From: an uncultured Gammaproteobacteria bacterium
GTDB lineage: Bacteria; Patescibacteriota; Patescibacteriia; Veblenbacterales; UBA10138
DNA length: 64,000 nt
Assembly (NCBI GenBank): GCA_964348825.1
Contig: CAYGDX010000002.1
Coordinates: 15,489 to 79,488, forward strand
Direction of reading: 5' to 3'
Positions 27,642-37,576 of this stretch are shown in pieces. Numbering within the stretch: position 1 is the first letter of the stretch; the number at the start of each line of letters is the position of its first letter. The translations under genes and the position numbers were made by a program. The notes under the pieces are model-generated. The model did no database searches. It worked only from the letters and a program-made list of their open reading frames with translations, and had not been told where the DNA came from.

Positions 27642-28019
27642 TTAAAATAATTTAGGATTGATAATTCCCTGTTTTAAAAATTGCAACAAATATAAATTCG
27701 TAAACAAATCGTAATTTAAAATTTTACGCGCCCTCCATTTAATTCGCCAACTGGATTCTTTACCAAACAATAAACTAATCAAAGAAGTTGTAATTACAGC
27801 CCCAACTACCAAACTAACCAACAAAATTAAATCAAAACGGAATAAATTTTGCCAAGCTTCTAAGTGCGTAAGCGCCGACATTGGGCACATGACTTGCTGA
27901 TTCATACTAAAAGGACAACCCATATTTACGCCGTGATCCATTCCATTCTTACCAAAAACCACTCCAAAACTGGAAAAGAAAAATACTAAAGCTAAAATAA
28001 ACCCCACCCAATAGCGCAT
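27642..28019 (-). CDS. small membrane protein with Cys/Met-rich periplasmic segment (possible metal binding)
   Basis: 125 aa with 2 TM helices. The segment between them reads GCPFSMNQQVMCPM. Confidence 0.4.
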   Translation of the reverse strand: MRYWVGFILALVFFFSSFGVVFGKNGMDHGVNMGCPFSMNQQVMCPMSALTHLEAWQNLFRFDLILLVSLVVGAVITTSLISLLFGKESSWRIKWRARKILNYDLFTNLYLLQFLKQGIINPKLF

Positions 28020-28057
28020 ATGAACAAAATCTACAAATTAATTATTGCCCCTTAAAT

Positions 28058-29146
28058 TTATAACAAGGCATTATGGAATTTATGTACCTTTTTATCAAAT
28101 CCTCTATCCACCCATTTAAAAGCCCATTTTTTCCAATAATCAGATTTTGTACGGTCTTTATTTTCTTTAATCAAATCTTCATCAAAATTTTTCATAATAT
28201 ATTCATAATCAATTTTGGCAGCTTGTAAAACCTCTCCTGAAAATTTTTCACCAAATTTATCTCTTACCTCCATAATACTAGAGGGAATAGCATCTATTTT
28301 TTTAATATTTTCTTGACTTCTAATAATGTCCTCGCCATCATTCATTTCGCCATTTGTTTCATAAAAATCTTGTAATTGTTTAAATTCTGGCAAACCGAGA
28401 ATCTTTTTTTCTAAAGTTCCCGTGATCTTGGAAAGCATTCCTTTATCTTTATGACCCTCATTTAATCTTGCCGCAAAACTTTTTAAATCTTTAGCGGTAG
28501 ATAATTCGCTTAAATAATTTTTATAATGCTCTCCTATTCCTTGAATCTTAGATTTTAAATTACCAACTAAATTATCGTGCTGGGGTTTTAACTTTAAATA
28601 TGCCTTTTCTTGCTTCGCAGAAGCTTCAGCAATTTCATTAATAGTATTAAGTGACTGCTCAATAACTGTATCTAATTCTTTTTTTAGCTCCATTACCTTA
28701 TCAATTTTTTCATTCATGTTTTTAGCATTATCCTTCATTTCCCCTAACACAATTGGATCTTGCTGTGCCTTATCCAACTCTTCATCAATTTTTTTGATAA
28801 TACTTAAAAATTTTTCAGCCTTACTTTGCAACTCTAAATAATGGGCTTTATCTAATTCATCCATTTTATCAACCTTAACATCAGTTCCATAATCAGCCAA
28901 AGCTTCATTAATTTTATCTAAATCCTGAGTCGCTTTTTCTTGACTTTTACGCAATTCAGGAATTGATTTTAGTTTTTCACTAACCCTAATTTTGCGTTTT
29001 TCTTCAAGTTGAGTTAGCAATTTACCTTCATTATTAAGATCTCTATTTAACTCATTAATATCTAACCCTGCTTGTTCTGCTTGATGAATTTCTGGCATAA
29101 AATTTAAGTTAATAATCTTAATTCTAAGATACTCCTTTTGACCCAT
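28058..29146 (-). CDS. coiled-coil hypothetical protein
   Basis: 362 aa. Heptad-rich and K/E-rich, with no catalytic motif. Confidence 0.4.
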   Translation of the reverse strand: MGQKEYLRIKIINLNFMPEIHQAEQAGLDINELNRDLNNEGKLLTQLEEKRKIRVSEKLKSIPELRKSQEKATQDLDKINEALADYGTDVKVDKMDELDKAHYLELQSKAEKFLSIIKKIDEELDKAQQDPIVLGEMKDNAKNMNEKIDKVMELKKELDTVIEQSLNTINEIAEASAKQEKAYLKLKPQHDNLVGNLKSKIQGIGEHYKNYLSELSTAKDLKSFAARLNEGHKDKGMLSKITGTLEKKILGLPEFKQLQDFYETNGEMNDGEDIIRSQENIKKIDAIPSSIMEVRDKFGEKFSGEVLQAAKIDYEYIMKNFDEDLIKENKDRTKSDYWKKWAFKWVDRGFDKKVHKFHNALL

Positions 29147-29277
29147 TTTGACAAATAAAACCAGTCGGGTGGAGAAAACAAAATTTGTGCCTAACCATAT
29201 ATAGAAATGGTTGTGTGGGATGCGCTAATTTTATTTGCCGACTGGTTTAAACTTTTGGTTGGTACAATTTTACTTTT

Positions 29278-29955
29278 TTAATTAATAATAACTTTTTCCA
29301 TTTTAACTTCTGTAATCGGACGATCACTGCCATCAGTTGGAGAACTTGCTATTTTATCCACTACTTCCAAACCACTAGTTACGCGACCAAAAATTGTGTA
29401 GTTGTGTGGCAGTGGTGTATCGGCATGCATAATGAAAAATTGACTGCCATTGGTATTTGGGCCGGCGTTAGCCATAGCGACTGTACCGCGCACGTAACCG
29501 CGCTTATAACTTTCTGTTTCCGAATTTAATTCATCGGCAAAGGCATAACCTGGACCACCACTACCGGTACCAGTTGGATCACCGCCTTGAATCATAAATC
29601 CTTTAATCACGCGGTGGAAAATTAAACCATCATAATAACCTTTACCCGCTAAAGTAACAAAATTCTCCACTGTTTTGGGTGCGTCATTCGGGAATAACTC
29701 TATTACGATTGTGCCTTGATTAGTTTGAATAGTAGCTTGTGACATAGTTTCTGGTTTAATATTATTATCAACCACTGGCGGAAGATTAGTTTCTTCACCG
29801 GCCGGTGGCGGATTATTGTTATTATTTAAATTAATTGGGGTACTTCCATTATCAAAATTTGTAGCTGGACTAGAAATATTGCTAGACGCCCACCAAAAAA
29901 TTAAGGCGACTACAACTACTCCCACCACTAAACCTAAAATAGATTTTGAATTCAT
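29278..29955 (-). CDS. ppiB: peptidyl-prolyl cis-trans isomerase, cyclophilin type, membrane-anchored
   Basis: 225 aa. FHRVIKGFMIQGGDPTGTGSGGPGY is the cyclophilin signature. N-terminal TM helix plus a low-complexity linker. Confidence 0.85.
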   Translation of the reverse strand: MNSKSILGLVVGVVVVALIFWWASSNISSPATNFDNGSTPINLNNNNNPPPAGEETNLPPVVDNNIKPETMSQATIQTNQGTIVIELFPNDAPKTVENFVTLAGKGYYDGLIFHRVIKGFMIQGGDPTGTGSGGPGYAFADELNSETESYKRGYVRGTVAMANAGPNTNGSQFFIMHADTPLPHNYTIFGRVTSGLEVVDKIASSPTDGSDRPITEVKMEKVIIN

Positions 29956-29976
29956 AAATTTAAATAAAAATTAAAA

Positions 29977-30285
29977 TTACTTAATTTCTAATTGTTTTTT
30001 AATATTATTAATATACCCTAACATATCATCATCGTCAAAATCTGTTGTGACTACTAATTTTCTATAACCATCACTTAGTTTTACCTCCGCTAACAATTCC
30101 GACGCTTCTTTTTGTGAATTATTACTCACTATCTCCACTATATCAAGCGCTAAATTATTCAACCGTATTTGACTAGTATTATCCTTTTCGTCACCGTATT
30201 CGATAAAAAGTGTTGCGCTTAATTTATCAGCTATACTTATTTTTAAACTTTGGTTTTCTGATTGTTCTGCATTCATAAAATGCAA
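29977..30285 (-). CDS. hypothetical protein
   Basis: 102 aa ORF. No motif recognised. Confidence 0.3.
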   Translation of the reverse strand: MHFMNAEQSENQSLKISIADKLSATLFIEYGDEKDNTSQIRLNNLALDIVEIVSNNSQKEASELLAEVKLSDGYRKLVVTTDFDDDDMLGYINNIKKQLEIK

Positions 30286-30422
30286 GTTAATAATAAAATT
30301 AAATTATCAAAAATAATTATTCCTCCCATTCTGCTTTTGGTTTATCCTCATTTTCTTTGTATTTAAAATGCTGCTCAACAGCATCTGACAATTCTTTACC
30401 TTTTTTACCACTTGCAAACTCT

Positions 30423-30770
30423 TCATTGAATATAAGCTAATACTTCATCTATTTTATTTATATTAACTTTTTCCAAAGCAACCGCACCAGCTTTAGCATA
30501 ATTAAATTGCGGTTCATAAATAATTTTAAGTATACCATGATTATCTCCTCGATTATCAGATAACAAAAATACTGGCGTACCAGAATCAACTTTAGATTTA
30601 ACAAACGGTATTAATCTTTCTGGAGCTGTGCCAGTAGCAAAAACTTCAAAAACTATAGCATCTGTACCAGTAGTTGCCAATTCCATTTGCTCAATACTAA
30701 GAGTGGGAGTCGCCTTAACGAAACCAATACTGGCTCGCGGTACTTCATGATTTTCTGGATTTATATTCAT
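30423..30770 (-). CDS. hypothetical protein
   Basis: 115 aa ORF. No confident motif. Confidence 0.3.
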   Translation of the reverse strand: MNINPENHEVPRASIGFVKATPTLSIEQMELATTGTDAIVFEVFATGTAPERLIPFVKSKVDSGTPVFLLSDNRGDNHGILKIIYEPQFNYAKAGAVALEKVNINKIDEVLAYIQ

Positions 30771-30807
30771 ATATTTTTACTGTTATTATTATACCAAAAA
30801 CTGTTAA

Positions 30808-31305
30808 TCAAGCAATCTTAACTATTTTATAAATAACCTCTCCCAGAGTTGATTTTATTTTTACTACTTCCCCCACCCTCCGCCCAAGTAACGCTTGTCC
30901 AAGTGGTGAGTGGTGAGAAATAACACCAGTCGCAGGATTGGTTTCAATAGAGCCAAGTATTAAATATTCTTTTTGTTTACCACCGCTTTCCACTATGACT
31001 GTACAACCCAATTCCACTATCAAACTATTTTTTGATTGCTTAATAATTACTGCGCTGTTTAAATATTTTTCTAATTCTAAAATTTTTTGATTAACTGAAC
31101 GTAATTTCCCCTTCGCCATCGCGTAGCCAGCATTTTCCGAAAAATCACCCATTTCCCCGAGTCGCTTAACTTCTAGTGCTAAGCTCGGGTGACTTTTTTT
31201 TAACCTAACCAACTTATCTCTTAATTCGTCAAATTTGCCTTCCGTAAGATTGGGGTCAAGCTCGAGATTAGTATATTTCCCTGCTTTTCTAATTGGTGTT
31301 TGCAT
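30808..31305 (-). CDS. greA: transcription elongation factor GreA
   Basis: C-terminal ISHHSPLGQALLGRRVGEVVKI is the GreA/GreB signature. Start set at the internal Met (MQTPIRK) rather than the longer track ORF. Confidence 0.8.
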   Translation of the reverse strand: MQTPIRKAGKYTNLELDPNLTEGKFDELRDKLVRLKKSHPSLALEVKRLGEMGDFSENAGYAMAKGKLRSVNQKILELEKYLNSAVIIKQSKNSLIVELGCTVIVESGGKQKEYLILGSIETNPATGVISHHSPLGQALLGRRVGEVVKIKSTLGEVIYKIVKIA

Positions 31306-31355
31306 ATAACCATAGTATAGCAAAAAATAAGCAGACATGTGCTACAATATCAAAT

Positions 31356-33101
31356 ATGAAACTATTACTCTCCTATCTTAAAAAATACCGCAAAGTACTG
31401 CTCGGCACTTTGGTGCTGGCTACTATTAACCAAACCTTCTCTTTACTTGACCCGCAAATTTTTCGGCTGATTATTGATGGTTACGCAAGTCGCGCCACTA
31501 CTCTCCCCTTACAACAATTTTTAAGTGGTGTAACCTTACTACTCCTCGCGGCCATGGGAGTGGCTTTTGTATCGCGAGTGGCTAAAAATTTTCAAGATTA
31601 TTATGTAAATGTTATTACCCAAAAAATCGGAGCTGAACTTTATGGCCAAGCTATTACTCATTCTTTAGCCCTACCTTATAGCGTGTTCGAAGATCAACGC
31701 TCCGGTGAAATTTTACAAAAATTACATAAAGCCCGTAGCGATTCGCAAATTTTAATAGCGAGCTTCATCAATATTATTTTTCTGTCGCTCATCGGAATTT
31801 TATTTGTAGTGAGCTACGCTTTTACTGTGCACTGGTCAGTGGGTTTAACTTATTTATTAGTAATACCAATTTTAGGTACTACCACTTTTATAATTTCCCG
31901 CCGCATTAAAAAAGCGCAAGCAATAATTATTGCCGAAACAGCCGAGCTCGCTGGCTCAACCACTGAAACCTTACGCAACGTGGAATTAGTTAAAAGTTTG
32001 GGCTTAGAAAATCAAGAAACTAATCGCCTAAATGAAGTAAATAATTTAATACTGGCGCTAGAACTTAAAAAAGTAAAGCTAATTCGTAAACTAAGTTTTA
32101 TTCAAGGCACGCTTATAAACGCTTTGCGCTCGATTATAATGCTTTTAATGCTCTGGTTGATTTTTAGTCAAATTATTAGCTTAGGGCAATTTTTCACTTT
32201 ACTATTTTATTCATTTTTTATTTTTAATCCATTATCAGAACTAGGTAATGTAGCTTCGCAATACCAAGAAGCTAGGGCGAGTTTAGAAACTTTGGAAACA
32301 ATTTTAAATTTACCCAAAGCGGCAAAACCAACTCAGCCTAAATCCGCTCATCCAATTAAAGAAGTTTCTTTTTCTAAAGTTGATTTTAAATATCCTTCAG
32401 CTGATGTAAATTCTGTAACCGACATAACACTTAAAATAAAAAATGGACAAACTGTTGCACTTGTTGGACCTTCTGGCTCTGGTAAAACTACTTTAATTAA
32501 ATTGATGGTTGGATTATACCAAGCGCAAAGTGGCGCGCTGACAATAAATAATATACCAGCGAGCGAAGTGGATTATGATGATTTGCGGAAGCAGATGGGT
32601 TATGTTTCGCAAGACACTCAACTTTTCGCCGGCACGATTCGTGAAAATTTATTATTTGTACGACCTGAAGCCACCGACGCCGAATGTTTAGAAGCGCTTA
32701 AAAATGCTTCGGCCTTACCAATAATCGAACGGGGTGATAAAGGTTTGAATAGTAAAATTGGCGAGGGTGGTATAAAAATATCAGGCGGTGAACGTCAACG
32801 CCTCGCCATTGCTCGCGCGATTTTACGCCAACCCGAACTAATTATTTTTGATGAAGCCACTTCAGCTTTAGATTCAATTACCGAAAAATCCATTGCTGAA
32901 ACTATTCACGCCATTTCACATTCACAACCTAATCTTATCACGATACTAGTCGCCCATCGCCTCGCCACTGTTATCAAAGCCGATATTATTTATGTATTAG
33001 AAAAAGGTAAACTTGTGGAGCAAGGCAACCACAATGAACTTCTAAAACTAGGCGGCCTCTACACCGCACTCTGGCGCGAACAAGGTGGAGAAAATATATA
33101 A
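31356..33101 (+). CDS. ABC transporter, fused permease/ATP-binding (MsbA-like exporter)
   Basis: 6-TM domain, Walker A GPSGSGKTT, signature LSGGERQRLAIARA, Walker B IIFDEATS. Start set at Met 22 of the track ORF, because the upstream part overlaps greA. Confidence 0.8.
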   Translation: MKLLLSYLKKYRKVLLGTLVLATINQTFSLLDPQIFRLIIDGYASRATTLPLQQFLSGVTLLLLAAMGVAFVSRVAKNFQDYYVNVITQKIGAELYGQAITHSLALPYSVFEDQRSGEILQKLHKARSDSQILIASFINIIFLSLIGILFVVSYAFTVHWSVGLTYLLVIPILGTTTFIISRRIKKAQAIIIAETAELAGSTTETLRNVELVKSLGLENQETNRLNEVNNLILALELKKVKLIRKLSFIQGTLINALRSIIMLLMLWLIFSQIISLGQFFTLLFYSFFIFNPLSELGNVASQYQEARASLETLETILNLPKAAKPTQPKSAHPIKEVSFSKVDFKYPSADVNSVTDITLKIKNGQTVALVGPSGSGKTTLIKLMVGLYQAQSGALTINNIPASEVDYDDLRKQMGYVSQDTQLFAGTIRENLLFVRPEATDAECLEALKNASALPIIERGDKGLNSKIGEGGIKISGGERQRLAIARAILRQPELIIFDEATSALDSITEKSIAETIHAISHSQPNLITILVAHRLATVIKADIIYVLEKGKLVEQGNHNELLKLGGLYTALWREQGGENI

Positions 33102-33231
33102 ACCTTGACAATTTAGCTTGTTTGGAGTTAAATTTATCTATTCTTTAACAAACATTTACAAACCCGATTTAATTAAATCTAGGGAGAACTGTAAATAATA
33201 TATACCAATCAATTTTTAAAAAGGGAAAACC

Positions 33232-35001
33232 ATGATAACTAAATTATATGGACAACACAGTGGACTAAAATTTAAAGATTTAAACACCTTCAAACCATTG
33301 TGTGAACAAGCTGGAGCACGAGTAATTGAAAGTTTGGTTATAGGGGTGAATTACTTTGATAATTTCGTGAAAGAAAATGGACTCAACCCTCAAAGTACTT
33401 TCGAGCAAGCGAGCATCTCAAATATTACCACTGAACTATCAACTATTAATAAAGAGATACTAACTTCTCTGCCCAAAGAACGACCTCTAGCTCTTGCAAT
33501 ACGTTCATCAGAAATTTCTGAAGGTGGCGGTAGTGGTATTTTTGGCACAGAATTCTTAGTTTTACATGACACAAGCAATGCCGAAGAACTTCTCTGGCAA
33601 GCCGAGCTTAAAGTTTACTTGAGCGAATGGTCGCCTGACGCCCAAGCTTTCAGACAAAAACACAATCAACCAATGGGAATGGAAATAATGATCCAGATTT
33701 TACAGGGTCGTAATTTTGGTAATTATTTTGCCCCATTCTTAGCTGGAAGTGCTTATACATCTTACAATGGACAAGCTCTAATCAGAATTACATTCGGACT
33801 CGGCACAAGAGCGGTAAATTCAGACGCTACAGTAATACAAGGCAATGGACTCTTAAAAGATTGGAGCGTTTCATTGCTCAAAACCCAAACTATTGACGCG
33901 CTTAATCTAAACGGAGCAACCAATGGTTTTGAACAAATATCATTACCGAATGATTGGAAGAAATTTCTAACAGCCGAACCAATCTTGGAACTCCAACGTA
34001 TACTCAACTATCTTAGACAAAAAGGTGATTTTTATATTGAATGGTGTATGTCGGATTATTTCGGCTCTGATCTTACCATTCTTCAGATAGCGCCGTTCGA
34101 AGACAAGGAAACAAAGTCACTGAATATTGAATCTACGCCCGGTAAAGAACTGTGTAGTGGTACAGATATTGTTAATCATGGCGAAAAGGAATGTCAAATA
34201 ATTGTTCTGATTGATAATTGGCATAGTGAAAATAGATCGTGGCAACAAATGGTTAATAAACGCTTATCGAACTATGTTCTTATTTTACCGCAGACGGCTT
34301 TTACAAGTATGTCCCGAGAGTTAACAGTATCTTACGCAGATTTTTCTAATGCTAGCGTGCTGATTGAAAGCCAACACACAAATAGTCCAGTTGAAGAATC
34401 CTTACTTAGACAGCAAGGAATATCTGTGATAGATCACACTGAAAATAGAGGTGGTATGCATTTCCAGCAGGTTTGTTCTCGGGAAGATATTTTATTTCTA
34501 GGCGGATTCCTGCGTCGTGAATTATTTGCAAAACATGAACCATTTCTCAGCTACAATCGTGGTGGAGTAAAAATTTACAAAGTACCCACAAAAACAATCA
34601 ACGACACGACTTGTACGAAGGGTACAATTTATATGACTGGTGGATTTTTGTCAGCACCTAAATATTCATTTGAAGATATAAATCGCTTTGCTGAAATACT
34701 TTATGACACAGCTAGCTCAATCGAACGTGAAGCATCAGCCGATGGATCAGATTTAATTAAAAATTTGGTTAATTCTTTCTATACCATACACTTTGCTATT
34801 TTTAATGACGATCTAATAAATTTTGATCCTTTCAAAATTAACTGGGATACAGCTGAAGTAAATCCAGTAGATTTGATTAGCTATATTAATTTAGTTATAG
34901 AAAATGCCGAAATTTATGCCAAGGCTGATTCAGAAGAGTTGATAAGGGAAGGTGGTTTAATTGATTATTTAACTGAGCTGAAAACAAAAATATCAATCTA
35001 A
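33232..35001 (+). CDS. PEP-synthase/pyruvate-phosphate-dikinase N-terminal (PPDK_N, ATP-grasp) domain protein, no phosphohistidine domain
   Basis: 589 aa. LALAIRSSEISEGGGSGIFGTEFLV corresponds to VRSSAtaED..SFAGQ. FGLGTRAVNSD and DFYIEWCMSD ... ILQIAPF match the PPDK_N C-lobe. The C-terminal ~290 aa is unassigned. Confidence 0.55.
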   Translation: MITKLYGQHSGLKFKDLNTFKPLCEQAGARVIESLVIGVNYFDNFVKENGLNPQSTFEQASISNITTELSTINKEILTSLPKERPLALAIRSSEISEGGGSGIFGTEFLVLHDTSNAEELLWQAELKVYLSEWSPDAQAFRQKHNQPMGMEIMIQILQGRNFGNYFAPFLAGSAYTSYNGQALIRITFGLGTRAVNSDATVIQGNGLLKDWSVSLLKTQTIDALNLNGATNGFEQISLPNDWKKFLTAEPILELQRILNYLRQKGDFYIEWCMSDYFGSDLTILQIAPFEDKETKSLNIESTPGKELCSGTDIVNHGEKECQIIVLIDNWHSENRSWQQMVNKRLSNYVLILPQTAFTSMSRELTVSYADFSNASVLIESQHTNSPVEESLLRQQGISVIDHTENRGGMHFQQVCSREDILFLGGFLRRELFAKHEPFLSYNRGGVKIYKVPTKTINDTTCTKGTIYMTGGFLSAPKYSFEDINRFAEILYDTASSIEREASADGSDLIKNLVNSFYTIHFAIFNDDLINFDPFKINWDTAEVNPVDLISYINLVIENAEIYAKADSEELIREGGLIDYLTELKTKISI

Positions 35002-35011
35002 AAATCCATTA

Positions 35012-35048
35012 ACAATGGTTGTCAGAATTATTGACAACCATTTTTTAT
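35012..35048 (+). terminator. rho-independent terminator
   Basis: TGGTTGTCAGAATTATTGACAACCA with a 9-bp stem, followed by TTTTTTATTT. Confidence 0.75.
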
Positions 35049-35182
35049 TTATTAAAAATCACTCACATTAGACCCATCAACAAAACCTTGACAAAAACTA
35101 CAAATCATTTTAACTTGAGGTTAAGTTAAATAACAAAAATTTAAATAAACACTTCATTAACAATCAACCATAAAGAGGTCCT

Positions 35183-36409
35183 ATGGCAAATTCTCTAGGA
35201 TTAATCATTCCACCTGACTCAAAATCATTGCTGGTGCATTACCCTAATGGTAATTACGAAACTTACGGTGGAAATGACAGCAATCTAACTCTAAAAATCA
35301 AAGACGCCAAAATCATACCTTCAATATTACTCAACCCCAACCTTGGTTTTAGTGAAGCGTATATGAACGGTAAAATTGACTATTTTACTCCTGACGGCAA
35401 TCTTGATGAATTAATAAAATTATTTTTTAATTCGAATTTAAAAATAAAAAATAAAATTTTAGCATTGCCAGCTGTTATCGCTTGGTTTTTTAAACATCAA
35501 TGGTCGCTGATAAATAACAATCGAATTCTGTCGCGTAAAAATGTTACCCGGCATTATGATCATCCCAGCGAGCTTTATCAATACATGCTTGACCCTAACC
35601 AAACTGGTAACATTCAATACTCTTGTGCTTTCTTCCCCACTGCTGACTCAACTCTTGTTGAAGCTCAAAATCACAAATCAAAAGTCACGCTTGATAAATT
35701 AAATTTACAACCTGGCGACAAAGTGCTTGATATTGGTTGTGGATTTGGTGGGCTTGGTTTTTATGCCCTCAATAATTATCCTGGTATTACCTACTTTGGC
35801 ATCACCACTTCACCCAAACAATACCAATGGGTAATTCAAAAAATCGCTGAATTAAAAATACAGAATAGATTCTTTATTAAATTATTGGATTGGCGAGATT
35901 TAAGACCAGGTTACATCAATTATCCAAAGGGTTGGCCAGTCAATTTTGATAAAATTGTATCAGTTGGTATGTTTGAACATGTTGGTAAATATCAAAGCCC
36001 AAAATTCTGCCGGCTTTGTTATAAATTACTAAAAAGTGACGGATTATTTTTACTCCACACTATTGTACGATCATCACCGACCTTACTGCCTGATACGTTT
36101 GTTCTCAAATATATTTTCCCGGGCTCAGACATACCAGTTGATTATCGAATAATGGATTGGCTAAGTCGAGCTGAATTTAAACATTTGAGTAATGATCGCT
36201 GGGGTGAACATTACGCTCAAACCTTAATACACTGGCGTAATAATTTTAGAGAGTATTGGATAAAAATAATAGAACCAGCTTTTAGAATAATAAACTCAAA
36301 CAAAGATCCTGCCGTATTTAAACGGATGTGGGAATTATATTTAGCTGGCTCAATTGTTTGTTTTCAAACCAAACATCTAAACCTGGCTCAATTCTTGGTA
36401 AAAAAATAA
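35183..36409 (+). CDS. cfa: cyclopropane-fatty-acyl-phospholipid synthase family SAM-dependent methyltransferase
   Basis: 408 aa. RHYDHPSELYQYMLDPNQTGNIQYSCAFF is the CMAS N-terminal signature. SAM motif I is VLDIGCGFGGL. Confidence 0.8.
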   Translation: MANSLGLIIPPDSKSLLVHYPNGNYETYGGNDSNLTLKIKDAKIIPSILLNPNLGFSEAYMNGKIDYFTPDGNLDELIKLFFNSNLKIKNKILALPAVIAWFFKHQWSLINNNRILSRKNVTRHYDHPSELYQYMLDPNQTGNIQYSCAFFPTADSTLVEAQNHKSKVTLDKLNLQPGDKVLDIGCGFGGLGFYALNNYPGITYFGITTSPKQYQWVIQKIAELKIQNRFFIKLLDWRDLRPGYINYPKGWPVNFDKIVSVGMFEHVGKYQSPKFCRLCYKLLKSDGLFLLHTIVRSSPTLLPDTFVLKYIFPGSDIPVDYRIMDWLSRAEFKHLSNDRWGEHYAQTLIHWRNNFREYWIKIIEPAFRIINSNKDPAVFKRMWELYLAGSIVCFQTKHLNLAQFLVKK

Positions 36410-36428
36410 TGGTGTAATAAAATTTCCA

Positions 36429-36456
36429 AAGCTAATCAGAAATGGTTAGCTTTTTT
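36429..36456 (+). terminator. rho-independent terminator
   Basis: AGCTAATCAGAAATGGTTAGCT followed by TTTTTT, after cfa. Confidence 0.6.
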
Positions 36457-36538
36457 ATATACTTAATAAGAGCAATAATTAAAACAAGATGACCTCCACG
36501 GGCACTACAACGAGAATAGGATTAAAATAAAGAACGGG

Positions 36539-37180
36539 TTAAATAACTAAATGCTTTGAATATCCTAGATCCACTAACTTTTGATAAGTCGTCCAAACTA
36601 CTTCCGGCATTTCTTGTGGTATTTGAAAACCCATATCAGCATACAATTTAATTCTTTGGGTATCCCCTACCATAATATTAATCAACAACTCTTTGGAAAT
36701 AATATCATTAGGATATTTCTCAAAAGTCAGTTGTGGGCCAGTCGTTATGACATCTGATTCTGGCCAAAAATTTTTAAACGTAGCATAGGCCCGACGAAGC
36801 ATATACGGCTTCTGAACTAAAATGACTCTGTTAACAATCACCCCTTTATTCTTAAGTAAAGTTTTGGTGTAAGTAATATTTTCACCTGTGTTGGTAGCTT
36901 CTGACTCGATTAATATTTTCTCTTTAGGTACGCCTAGTTTAATAATTTCTTCGGCAAACACTTCCGCCTCTGACTTATTCCACATCCCCTTAGTTAACAC
37001 ACCAACCTTGCCGGAACAAACTACTAAGGGCGCATAACCTTGAAGAAATAACTCCGCTCCCCGCTCAGCGACCCTAATATCATTACTACACAAAACTAAA
37101 ATAACATCCGCTTGCTTAAGTGGTTGTTCAAATTTATTATAATCCCAAAGTGTTTGAGCTAATTTATCTATATGATTCAT
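36539..37180 (-). CDS. DUF218 (YdcF/ElyC-like) domain protein
   Basis: 213 aa. CSGKVG ... SEAEVFAEE ... ESEATNTGEN matches the DUF218 pattern. Confidence 0.65.
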   Translation of the reverse strand: MNHIDKLAQTLWDYNKFEQPLKQADVILVLCSNDIRVAERGAELFLQGYAPLVVCSGKVGVLTKGMWNKSEAEVFAEEIIKLGVPKEKILIESEATNTGENITYTKTLLKNKGVIVNRVILVQKPYMLRRAYATFKNFWPESDVITTGPQLTFEKYPNDIISKELLINIMVGDTQRIKLYADMGFQIPQEMPEVVWTTYQKLVDLGYSKHLVI

Positions 37181-37185
37181 AATTA

Positions 37186-37569
37186 TTAAACTTTTGCTTT
37201 AAAATCAACTTGATAATCTGGTATGCTCAAAGAAATACCGTATCGTTTAGCCTCATTGTATTGCTCTTGATTCCATATATCAATTAAGAAAACTTTATTC
37301 TGAAAAATTATGTAATGGTGAGCATCGTTTTTAAAATCAGCATACCAAGCACTCCCGTGACTGTAGTCTAAATTCTGGCTTAACTTCTGTGCCACATTAC
37401 TAGCCTGATCTTCGGGTATTTCTACTGTATGTAAGGTCCACTGCTTAAGCCAAGAAGTTTTATGTTTATCGGTAACTAACGATACCTTAGTAAATAAAAT
37501 TTTAAAGTCCTGTACTAAATTTTTATCCGCTAATGATTCTTCTATAATAACACCTTGGTAGTTAGACAT
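37186..37569 (-). CDS. hypothetical protein
   Basis: 127 aa ORF. No motif. Confidence 0.3.
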   Translation of the reverse strand: MSNYQGVIIEESLADKNLVQDFKILFTKVSLVTDKHKTSWLKQWTLHTVEIPEDQASNVAQKLSQNLDYSHGSAWYADFKNDAHHYIIFQNKVFLIDIWNQEQYNEAKRYGISLSIPDYQVDFKAKV

Positions 37570-37576
37570 ATAATTT

